From: Brevibacterium luteolum
Lineage (GTDB): Bacteria > Actinomycetota > Actinomycetes > Actinomycetales > Brevibacteriaceae
NCBI RefSeq assembly: GCF_013004595.1
Contig: NZ_JABEMC010000001.1
Coordinates: forward strand, 310,001 to 374,000
Direction: 5' to 3'
DNA length: 64,000 nucleotides
The notes beneath the pieces are model-generated. The model was not told the DNA's origin. It did no database searches and saw nothing but the letters and a program-made list of their open reading frames with translations. Below are positions 39,058 to 47,149 of this stretch, piece by piece. The position numbers and the translations under genes were made by a program. Within the stretch, counting starts at the first letter, position 1; each line of letters begins with the position of its first letter.

Positions 39058-39639
39058 TCAGGGGTTGTCGTTCTGATCGAGTTCGATCTTGATCTCGGAG
39101 AGGTTGACGGTTCCGTCCTCGCCACGGTCGCCCCACCAGTTGGACTTGTCTTCGGCCGGATCTTCGCCATCAGCCGTCAATGGGAACGTCAGCTCGACGG
39201 ACACCGGGATCGCGGCAGTGTCGCCGGGTCTGACGGTCTGCTCGGTCTCGGTGCCGTTACCGACAACGGTCGTGACCTCGACGATATTGGCAAGATCGCC
39301 GGTGACGGTGCCTGTGGTGTTGACCTTCAGTGTGGCGACGAGGTTGTCGCCTTCGAGGTCAGGGGTGACGTTTGCGGTGTAGCGCAGTCTGTCACCGGGC
39401 ACCATCTTGAACTGGGCCTCATCGATGGTCTGACCGCTGTTGAGGTCGGTCCACTGGGCTCCGTCGACAGTCATGTTCAGGTGACCTGACTGCAGGCTGC
39501 TTTCGCCGATCGAGGCCTCTTCGTACCACTTGGCGAAGGTGGTGCCGAGTCCGGCGAGCAGGGCCACACCGAGGGCACCGGCTGCGGCTGCCTTGACGGC
39601 ACGACGATTGGGCTTCTTCTGCGTTGGCGTTTCGGTCAT
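39058..39639 (-). CDS. SipW-cognate (alternate signal peptide) exported protein, TasA/CalY-like, 193 aa; probable major subunit
   Basis: KAAAAGALGVALLAGLGTTFA|KWYEE...LQSGHLNM, MVPGDRL, LEGDNL, C-terminal LSEIKIELDQ; first gene of the operon; GAGGA SD. Confidence 0.87.
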   Translation of the reverse strand: MTETPTQKKPNRRAVKAAAAGALGVALLAGLGTTFAKWYEEASIGESSLQSGHLNMTVDGAQWTDLNSGQTIDEAQFKMVPGDRLRYTANVTPDLEGDNLVATLKVNTTGTVTGDLANIVEVTTVVGNGTETEQTVRPGDTAAIPVSVELTFPLTADGEDPAEDKSNWWGDRGEDGTVNLSEIKIELDQNDNP

Positions 39640-39732
39640 GAGAGATCCGTTCCTCACGTGGGTTGTTTTGCGGCATGCTTCAGTGGCTGTGCGCCTTGGA
39701 AGTGGCCCAGGCGCCAGCGTGGAGCAGGCTCA

Positions 39733-39761
39733 AGTTTATGTGAATTTGAAGATATAAACAA
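39733..39761 (-). promoter_or_regulatory. Candidate sigma-70-type promoter of the sipW operon
   Basis: Minus strand TTGTTT-17 nt-TAAACT within an A/T-rich tract, about 95 nt upstream of ATG 39639. Confidence 0.5.
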
Positions 39762-39774
39762 TTCAATTCGACAG

Positions 39775-39809
39775 AGATGCCTGTATAGTATCTGTATACA
39801 GTCGCATCT
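39775..39809. promoter_or_regulatory. Palindromic candidate operator upstream of the sipW operon promoter
   Basis: AGATGC-CTGTATA-n7-TATACAG-TC-GCATCT; contains the perfect palindrome CTGTATACAG (39792-39801) and CTGTATA repeated at 11-bp spacing. Confidence 0.45.
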
Positions 39810-40162
39810 GCGGACACATTTATGAATGCATACTTGAGCCATGCACTGCTGCACAGTAACAGCAGGTGAGTGGTTAGTGGGCGGTTAGCTGACGCATGTG
39901 CAAATCCTGCGTAGAGGGCTCACGCGAGATGAATGTGAGCTGAATGCACCTCATAGAAGTGATGAACACCTCATGGCTGCACGCTTCTGCGGGGCAGACG
40001 CGAGTGCCTTTGCAGATGCGGAGGGCTCGCCTCGCCGTCCACTCGTCGCCGAACCGGTGCCCATCCGTCTCCGTCGCGCGAACTTCAGACATCAACGGGG
40101 TTCGCTGTCTCTGCCGTGCGAACAGTCAGCGTGGGGCAGGAGGTGTCGGCTAGCCTGGAACC

Positions 40163-41956
40163 ATGCAATCGCCCATTCAGCAGTACCTCGACTCCGTGCA
40201 CGAGCGTCTCTTCGATGTCCACGGCGGTGAACAGCCGCAGAACAACCCCTCTCTCGCCGAGGCCGGCCCTGATCTGTGCGGCCTGGCGATGACAACCGCT
40301 GACGGATACACCTACACCTCCGGTGACGCCGAGGTGCCCTTCAGTATGCAGTCGATCTCCAAAGTGTTCTGCTACGCCATCGCGCTGCAGGACCGCGGCT
40401 TCCGGTTCATGGACGCGAAGATCGACGTCGAGCCCTCCGGCTCCTCGTTCAAGGACCTCTCCAGTGAGGCCAACACCGGCAGGCCGAAGAACCCGCTCAT
40501 CAACATCGGTGCGATTGCGGCAACCGCGCAGATTCTGCCGGACTCCGACGGCGAGGTCTTCGACAAGATCCTGCGCGTCATGTCCGACTGCGCTGCCCGG
40601 GACCTCGAAGTCGACGAGGTCTCATATGAGGCGGATCGCGACGGCGGCATGCACAACCGCGCGCTGTCATGGTTCCTTGCCTCATGGGGCATCATCGACG
40701 GCGACCCGCTGCCGGCCTTCGACGACTACAGTCGCCAGTGCGCCATCCTCACCAGCGCGAAGGACCTGTCGATCATGTCCGCGACGCTGACCAACCTCGG
40801 CGTCAACCCGGTCACCGGCAAGCGCGTGTTCTCCCGCCAGGTCGCCCAGCGGGTGCTGTCGGTCATGCTCACCTGCGGCATGTACGACGACTCCGGTGAC
40901 TGGGTGTCCTCGGTCGGCATGCCGGCCAAGAGCGGCGTCGGCGGCGGCATCATCTCCGCTCTGCCCGGCCAGCTCGGCATCGCCACCTACGCTCCGCCGC
41001 TCGACCAGCACGGTTCGAGCGTGCGCGGTCTGGCCGCCCACCGGATCCTCTCCCGCGACCTGGAGCTGCACTTCGTGCGCACCTCTAAGGCCGGCCTGTC
41101 GACGATCCGCACGCACGACACCATCGACCATGTGCCCTCGACGACCCGTCGTCCGGAAGCCGCCGAGGCGGTCCTCACCGAATACGGCGAGCGCGCCCAC
41201 GTGCTCGAAGTCATGGGCGACCTGCTGTTCTCCGGCATCGAAGTGCTTTCCCGTGAGGTCGCCACATTCGACAAGAACACCGTCTGCGTCGTCGTCGACC
41301 TCTCGCGTGCCGATCACATCGCCGAGGTCTCAGTCAAGGCGATCTCGCGGCTGGCCGCCGCCCTCGCCGACGTCGACACCTCCCTCGGTCTCGTCGACCC
41401 GTTCGACCGGCTGGCGAACCTTCTGGTGCCCGTCGACATGCAGGTCGAGATCTTCGAGGACCGCAACGATGCCCTGTCATGGGCCGAGGATCAGATTCTC
41501 CGCGAGTACGGCGACGAGGACTGCTTCCCCGACGAGGCGATCTCCACTCCAGTGCTGCTCGAAGGCATCGACGAGAAGATCCGTGAGAAGGTCGTCAGCC
41601 TGCTCAAGCGCGAGGAGTACGACACCGGCGATATCGTCCGCAAGGTCGGTGACGAGTTCGACGGCATTCGGTTCATCGTCTCCGGCGAGGTGCACACGCT
41701 CAATCCTGAGGATGAGGGCGGCGACGTCAACGCGCAGCTCGTCGCCGGCATGTCCTTCGGTGAGCTCGCCCTCAATGAGACCTACCATCAGCCCTTCGAT
41801 GTCCGCGTCGCTGAGCCGACCGTCGTCGAACTGCTGTCGAAGTCCGCGATCGAGAAGCTGGAGAAGTCGGATCCGGAAGCCGCGGCCATGCTGTGGCGTG
41901 CGATCGCGGTCGAAGGCTACATCCGCCTCGGGCAGGTCATGCGAGGAGTCAACTGA
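40163..41956 (+). CDS. glsA: Glutaminase A with C-terminal STAS-like and cNMP-binding-like domains
   Basis: FSMQSISK, NPLINIGAI, TCGMYDDSG, PAKSGVGGG; then GDLLFSGIE...VVVDLSR (STAS-like) and FIVSGEV...GMSFGELAL (cNMP-like). TAGCCT 6 nt upstream of the ATG. Confidence 0.9.
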   Translation: MQSPIQQYLDSVHERLFDVHGGEQPQNNPSLAEAGPDLCGLAMTTADGYTYTSGDAEVPFSMQSISKVFCYAIALQDRGFRFMDAKIDVEPSGSSFKDLSSEANTGRPKNPLINIGAIAATAQILPDSDGEVFDKILRVMSDCAARDLEVDEVSYEADRDGGMHNRALSWFLASWGIIDGDPLPAFDDYSRQCAILTSAKDLSIMSATLTNLGVNPVTGKRVFSRQVAQRVLSVMLTCGMYDDSGDWVSSVGMPAKSGVGGGIISALPGQLGIATYAPPLDQHGSSVRGLAAHRILSRDLELHFVRTSKAGLSTIRTHDTIDHVPSTTRRPEAAEAVLTEYGERAHVLEVMGDLLFSGIEVLSREVATFDKNTVCVVVDLSRADHIAEVSVKAISRLAAALADVDTSLGLVDPFDRLANLLVPVDMQVEIFEDRNDALSWAEDQILREYGDEDCFPDEAISTPVLLEGIDEKIREKVVSLLKREEYDTGDIVRKVGDEFDGIRFIVSGEVHTLNPEDEGGDVNAQLVAGMSFGELALNETYHQPFDVRVAEPTVVELLSKSAIEKLEKSDPEAAAMLWRAIAVEGYIRLGQVMRGVN

Positions 41957-42748
41957 TGCTCGAGGCGTTCCTCGCCGACCACGGGTACCCGCACACCCCC
42001 GGCGGGGAGCACAAGCCGTGGGTCATCGCCCACCGCGGCTACTCGGGAGTCGCACCGGAGAACACCCTCGTCGCCATCGAAGCCGCCCGGGTGCTCGGAT
42101 CCGACTGGATCGAGATCGACATCGGGATCAGTGCCGACGGGACCCCGATCGTGCTGCACGATACGACCCTGAACCGCACCACCTGCGACGGGAACCGCAG
42201 CGCAGATGAGCGACGAGCGGATCTCACTGGCCGATGCCGGCTCGTGGCTGGGCCCGGGCTTCATCGGCCAGCGGGTGCCGAAGCTGCGCACCGTGCTCGC
42301 CAACCTCGCAGACTTCGACGGCAACCTGCTCTTGGAGTTCAAAGACGACTGGTCGCCAGGTGCGATCGCGCAGGTCGCTGACGACATCATGGCCACCGGG
42401 ATGGCTGACCGGATGATCCTGCAGAGCTTCTCTCCCGCAACGCTCACGGCCGTGCGCGACCTCATCCCCATGGTTGCCCGCGGGCTGCTGCGCATGGTTC
42501 CACGGCCGGAGGACAAGACGCTGGCCTCGGATCTCGATGTGACCTTCTACAACCCGTCGCGGCGCGGCTTCTTCCTCCGGCAGGCGCTGCTGGAGGAGTT
42601 CATGGCCGAGGGCTACGGATGCCTTGTGTGGACGTCGAATGTGCCTGCCGACTGGGAGCGCCTCATGGCCGCTGGAGTGCACGGCATCATCACTGATCAC
42701 CCGGGCCGTCTGCAGGGCTATCTGAGCGCCAAATACGACGCTGATTGA
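41956..42748 (+). pseudogene. Glycerophosphodiester phosphodiesterase, frameshifted near 42184
   Basis: Frame A: IAHRGYSGVAPENT...IEID...VLHDTTLNRTT. Frame B continues ATGTAAQMSDERISLADAGSW...LLEFK...LQSFS...VWT...GVHGIITDHP. May be a sequencing error. Confidence 0.8.
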
Positions 42749-42804
42749 GCACCCCGGAGCTGATTTTGCCCGCGGCTGGAAAGTGTGTATAGTGTTTTCT
42801 CGTT

Positions 42805-42877
42805 GCCCCGATAGCTCAGTCGGCAGAGCATCTCCATGGTAAGGAGAAGGTCAAGGGTTCGATTCCCTTTCGGGGCT
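42805..42877 (+). tRNA. tRNA-Thr(GGT)
   Basis: GCCCCGA/TCGGGGC acceptor, TCTCC-AT-GGT-AA-GGAGA anticodon arm, GGTTCGATTCC. Confidence 0.96.
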
Positions 42878-42903
42878 CTCGTGCCGCTCAAAAGCGGTAC
42901 TGC

Positions 42904-42980
42904 GGCGGGGTAGCTCAGGTGGTTAGAGCGCACGACTCATAATCGTGAGGTCGCGGGATCGAGCCCCGCCCCCGCTACCA
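42904..42980 (+). tRNA. tRNA-Met(CAT), elongator type, CCA encoded
   Basis: GGCGGGG/CCCCGCT acceptor, CACGA-CT-CAT-AA-TCGTG anticodon arm, 3' ACCA. Confidence 0.95.
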
Positions 42981-42987
42981 CTGAAGC

Positions 42988-43016
42988 AGAACCCTCACCC
43001 GCCGGGTGGGGGTTCT
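42988..43016. terminator. Terminator after the tRNA-Thr/Met pair
   Basis: AGAACCCTCACCC-gcc-GGGTGGGGGTTCT hairpin between convergent transcripts. Confidence 0.75.
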
Positions 43017-43062
43017 CCTCATTGCGCCAGGTTTCCTTCCTGCAGTCGCTCTACCGCCGGGC

Positions 43063-44727
43063 TCAGGTGCCGCGCAGCTTTCGGCGCAGGATCTTCCCCG
43101 TCGCCGTCTTCGGCATCTCATCGAGGATCTCGATGGAGCGCGGATACTTGTATGCGGCCAGATCGGCTTTGCAGAAATCGATGAGCTCGCCAGGGGTCAC
43201 GGTGCGCCCCTCGTGCAGCGTGACGAAGGCGATGACGGTCTCTCCGCGGTATGCGTCTGCGGCGCCGACGACGGCGGCCTCGGCGACGGCGGGATGCGTG
43301 TAGAGGACATCCTCGACCTCGCGCGGCCACACCTTGTAGCCGGAGGCGTTGATCATGTCCTTCTTCCTGTCGACGAGGTAGTACCACCCGTCTGCGTCGA
43401 CGAACCCGATGTCACCCGTTCTCAGCCACCCATCGGCAAAGCTCTCCGCTATGGCATCGGGGCGATTCCAGTAGCCCGGCGTGATCTGCGGACCGCGCAC
43501 CAGGATCTCCCCGTATGTCCCCGCCTGGACATCGGCGCGCTGCTCATCGGCGATGCGAACCTGCGTGTCGTATACCGGTCTGCCCACGGACAGTGCGCCG
43601 GAGACCGGATCGACCGGTGCCCGCTGGCCGCGGGGGACGAGGTGTGTCGGCGAGGAGGTCTCGCTCATGCCGTAGACATTGTGGACATACGTGCCGAAGA
43701 TCCCTTCGAGCCGGTCGGCCAGGGCCGGTGCGATCGGAGCGCCACCGGAGTAGATCGTGCGCAGGCTGGCGAAGTCAGCGGCCGTCGCCGCCGGGCAGTC
43801 GGCCAGCGCCATGAGCGCAGTGATCGCTCCGATGGTGAAGACCGAACGGCTGTGGCGCATCGATTCGAGCATCACCTGCGGGTGGAAGCGGTGGCTCAGG
43901 ACGATCGGTGCTCCCACGCGCAAGCCCAGCAGCACATGACCGACCATCCCGGTGATGTGGAACAGCGGAGCGATCGCCAGAATCGGCTCACCGGGCTGAA
44001 GAGCCGACATCTGCACATAGGTTTCAGCATTGAACGTCAGATTCCCATGGGTGTTCATCGCACCCTTGGGCCTGCCGGTCGTGCCCGAGGTGTACGTCAG
44101 CAGCGCGACATCATCTGCGCAGACCGCAGCCGGCCGGTAGTCCGACCCGTGTGGGAGAGCATCAGCAGACACGACCTCGGCGGAGCCGACACGGCCGAGC
44201 AGCTCGGGCGGCACGGGGACGGCAGATGTCTCGAACTGCTCTCCGGTCTGCCTCCATGCGGTATGCGGTGCCAGTATGACGAGCCTGACGTCTCCGATGC
44301 CGTCTGCCACCACCTGCTGGGCGACCTGTGTCCACAGCCCAGGGAGGGCGATGAGCGCCACGGCAGCGGAGTCCTCCAGCTGAAACGCCAGCTCCCGGCC
44401 GGTGTTCATCGGGTTGATCGGCACGCCGATCGCCCCGAGCTTCCATGTGGCCAGCAGCCCGGTGACGAAGATGGGGTCGTTCTGCACGAACAGCGCCACC
44501 CGGTCGCCCGCCGCCACTCCGGTGCCGGCGAGAGCGCGCGCAAGGCGGTGGGCCTCAGCGTCGACCTCGGCGTATGTCCATCTCCGGTCGAAGGCGTGGA
44601 TGACCTCGGCGTCAGGGTCAGTCGCCAGTGCCGAAGCGCACATCTGCGGCACTGTGTGATGCGGTGGGCTCAGGTGCTGTTCCAGCGGCAGCATCGGATC
44701 CGGTGGTCGGCGGCGTGGAGTCGTCAT
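43063..44727 (-). CDS. Acyl-CoA ligase (AMP-binding, long-chain fatty-acid--CoA ligase family)
   Basis: YTSGTTGRPKG, PLFHITG, YGMSET, WLRTGDIG, DRKKDMINASGYKVWPREVE, PKTATGKILRR. ATG overlaps the cyclase stop. Confidence 0.9.
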   Translation of the reverse strand: MTTPRRRPPDPMLPLEQHLSPPHHTVPQMCASALATDPDAEVIHAFDRRWTYAEVDAEAHRLARALAGTGVAAGDRVALFVQNDPIFVTGLLATWKLGAIGVPINPMNTGRELAFQLEDSAAVALIALPGLWTQVAQQVVADGIGDVRLVILAPHTAWRQTGEQFETSAVPVPPELLGRVGSAEVVSADALPHGSDYRPAAVCADDVALLTYTSGTTGRPKGAMNTHGNLTFNAETYVQMSALQPGEPILAIAPLFHITGMVGHVLLGLRVGAPIVLSHRFHPQVMLESMRHSRSVFTIGAITALMALADCPAATAADFASLRTIYSGGAPIAPALADRLEGIFGTYVHNVYGMSETSSPTHLVPRGQRAPVDPVSGALSVGRPVYDTQVRIADEQRADVQAGTYGEILVRGPQITPGYWNRPDAIAESFADGWLRTGDIGFVDADGWYYLVDRKKDMINASGYKVWPREVEDVLYTHPAVAEAAVVGAADAYRGETVIAFVTLHEGRTVTPGELIDFCKADLAAYKYPRSIEILDEMPKTATGKILRRKLRGT

Positions 44728-45677
44728 CGCAGCGCCACAGGGTTGACCGGAGAGCCGGTGGCCCGGTGGATCTTCAACGGTGCTGCGACGTAGAAGAACG
44801 TGTAGCGGCGGTCTTCGGCGCATGCTTCTGCCAGAGATTCCAGATCGCAGATCTCGGTGAAGGCGACCCCGAGGTTGCGCATGAGCGCATTGTGCAGGAC
44901 GAGTGCTGCACCGGAGTCCGGATCGGTCGTGACCTCGTTGGCGATCGTATCGGTGACGAGATTCGGGATCTCCATGTCGGCAAACCACTGCACAAGCTCC
45001 GGACTGTAGGTCAGCCCTGGTTCGCAGAAGTCGGTGTAGAAGTCATCGCCCTGTTCGAAGAACAGCTGGAGGTGATTGGTGCGGATGACGAGGATGTCTC
45101 GCTTGCTGATGGTGACTCCCTGGCGCTCCGCGCACTCCAGCAGGTCAGTGTGATCGAAGGTGTGATTGGCCTCCATCGCCTCGACGCCGAAATGACGCGC
45201 CATATCGAGCAGCACGCCGGTGCCGACGACACCGCGCTGAGCGATCGGCTCGACGCTCGCCTTGTCCATGCCCCCGATGGTCGTGCGAGCGTCATAGCCG
45301 TTCCACAGCTTCCCGTCGTACCAGACGTGGCCGAGGGCGTCGTACTGGGTCGACCCCTGCAGGAATGCTTCGATCTTGTCGTCTGCATAGTGCAGCCCGC
45401 CGGGGAACTGCGGTGCATCATTGCTATCCCAGGTGGCTTCGTCCATCACCATTTCACGCTCAGCCGGAGAGCGGCCCGGCCACACTGGATCGCCCTGCGG
45501 GTCGCCGATGAGCCGCTGCAGAGTATGCACCTCGCCAGTCTTGATATGAGCAGCACCGCGGAGCACCTCCTCGGCACTGAGGTAGTTCAGGGCCCCGACT
45601 TCGTCGTCTGGGCCCCACTTCCCCCAGTTCTTCGGGGCATCGGCGAGCAGAGCGGTGAGGTCGAGTGCTTCAGTCAT
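44724..45677 (-). CDS. Cyclase family metal-dependent hydrolase (kynurenine formamidase/isatin hydrolase superfamily)
   Basis: NWGKWGPDDEVGALNYL, STQYDALGH, GVLLD, DILVIRT, LHNALMRNLG...E, TGSPVNPVA. GGAGG SD. Confidence 0.88.
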   Translation of the reverse strand: MTEALDLTALLADAPKNWGKWGPDDEVGALNYLSAEEVLRGAAHIKTGEVHTLQRLIGDPQGDPVWPGRSPAEREMVMDEATWDSNDAPQFPGGLHYADDKIEAFLQGSTQYDALGHVWYDGKLWNGYDARTTIGGMDKASVEPIAQRGVVGTGVLLDMARHFGVEAMEANHTFDHTDLLECAERQGVTISKRDILVIRTNHLQLFFEQGDDFYTDFCEPGLTYSPELVQWFADMEIPNLVTDTIANEVTTDPDSGAALVLHNALMRNLGVAFTEICDLESLAEACAEDRRYTFFYVAAPLKIHRATGSPVNPVALR

Positions 45678-46137
45678 GGCGTTCCTCCCATAGAACTCAG
45701 GATGTGCGATCTGTGCCGCAGGGTCCGAACCGGTGGCGGCGGAAGCGATCGCTGTGTTGAAATTTTAGTTGCAGTGAACAAACGTTAGGTAGACGTGTGT
45801 CGATCTTCGGCATCGGCCTGTCTGCTGTCAATACCCATTCGGGTATTGATCCCGAAGGTCTCGGCGGGCTGAGAGGGCGGCCGGGGTGTCTGTGAGCTGC
45901 GCGCTGTCCTCAGGCCACGGTGCCTGCGGCATCTCTATGAGGAGGTCTGCATCGCCTGCCGGCGCTGCTAGCTGTGATTCCATGGTTCGGCGCACACATG
46001 GACTGTGGAGCAGGTCGCACGTCACCCCGAGAACTCCACCCTGCCGGCAGCGCCAAGGCCCGCCGCGGCCGCACAGAGAAGCCGGGGCGCGGGGCAGGCG
46101 GCTGGACAGCACCGCGCCGTGCTCTATGCTGTTTAGC

Positions 46138-47025
46138 ATGGTTAAAGAAGCGGATCTGAGCGGTGCCAGCGTCGGTGGGCGCGTGAGAGCCGCACGCACG
46201 CGAGCCGGCCTGACACTTGAGGAGCTGAGCTCGCAGATCGGTGTCAGCCCTGCCACCCTGTCCCTCATCGAGCGCGAGCGCGTCTCCGTCACCGTCGAGC
46301 GGGTCTCGCAGCTGGCTGAGGTGCTCGGCCTCGAACTCGAGGACCTCATGTACTCCGGTGACTTCGAGCCGAGCGCGGTGCGCACCGGACCCGGCGGCCG
46401 CGAACACGCCGGTGCCCCACACCTCGTGCGCGGCGCCCCCGATGCCCCGCATCCCAAGATCGTCGAGGCGATCATCGACTGCTTCGTGCGCTGGGGCTAC
46501 CACGGCACCTCGATGCGGCAGATCGCGCAGGCTGGCGGGGTGAGCGTCGCCGGGGTCTACCACTACTTCACGTCCAAGCAGCAGATGCTCGTCAGCCTCA
46601 TGGACGAGACGATGGCCGAGCTCATCAGCCGGCTCGACGATGTGCTCACGGCGGCAGAAGGCCAGCCGGTCGAGGAGCGCTACCGGCAAGTGGTGCGCGA
46701 GCTGGCGCTGTTCCATCTGGAGCAGCGGCGCAAGGGCTTCATCGGAGCCAGTGAGATGCGCAGCATCGACGAACCCGACCGCTCCCGCATCGCCGGACTG
46801 CGTCGCGACGTGCAGCACACCGTCGACGCACTCGCGCGCGAAGGCATTGAGACCGGTGCATTCACCAACCCCGACTGGCGCTTCGCCGGCCGCGTGGTGT
46901 CGAACATGTGCACCTCGACCTCGCAGTGGTACGACCCCGAGGGGCCGGTGCCCAAGGACACCGCCGCCGACAACCTCGCCGACTACGCCCTGGCGATGAT
47001 GCGGGTGCCCGGCCCCGGGCGATAG
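46138..47025 (+). CDS. Fused XRE-HTH / TetR-family transcriptional regulator
   Basis: VGGRVRAARTRAGLTLEELSSQIGVSPATLSLIER (XRE), then GYHGTSMRQIAQAGGVSVAGVYHYFTSKQ (TetR HTH) and QWYDPEGP. TATGCT 7 nt upstream of ATG 46138. Confidence 0.88.
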   Translation: MVKEADLSGASVGGRVRAARTRAGLTLEELSSQIGVSPATLSLIERERVSVTVERVSQLAEVLGLELEDLMYSGDFEPSAVRTGPGGREHAGAPHLVRGAPDAPHPKIVEAIIDCFVRWGYHGTSMRQIAQAGGVSVAGVYHYFTSKQQMLVSLMDETMAELISRLDDVLTAAEGQPVEERYRQVVRELALFHLEQRRKGFIGASEMRSIDEPDRSRIAGLRRDVQHTVDALAREGIETGAFTNPDWRFAGRVVSNMCTSTSQWYDPEGPVPKDTAADNLADYALAMMRVPGPGR

Positions 47026-47149
47026 ACTCGCAGACATGGGACTGCCGCACGTCCCCGGTCAGCGGCCGGGAGGTGCCGGCAGTCTGTCCACCTGAGCCGG
47101 ACGAACCCGCACGGGCACCGTGCCTGTGCCCAAGGAGGTACATCTGCCG

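Noticed and set aside
35746..39639. Classical sortase-polymerised (SpaA-type) pilus
   Set aside because: No class C sortase, no YPKN pilin motif, and only one protein has an LPXTG signal, so covalent polymerisation is not supported.
39890..39950. c-di-GMP-I riboswitch-like words (GCAAA...ACGC) near the fibre operon
   Set aside because: No convincing GNRA stem or receptor, and it is on the opposite strand to the operon. An Infernal/Rfam scan would settle it.
42950..42970. tRNA-Met T-loop reads ATCGAGC instead of TTCGA
   Set aside because: All stems and the CCA end are intact; a single variant base is not evidence of a pseudo-tRNA.
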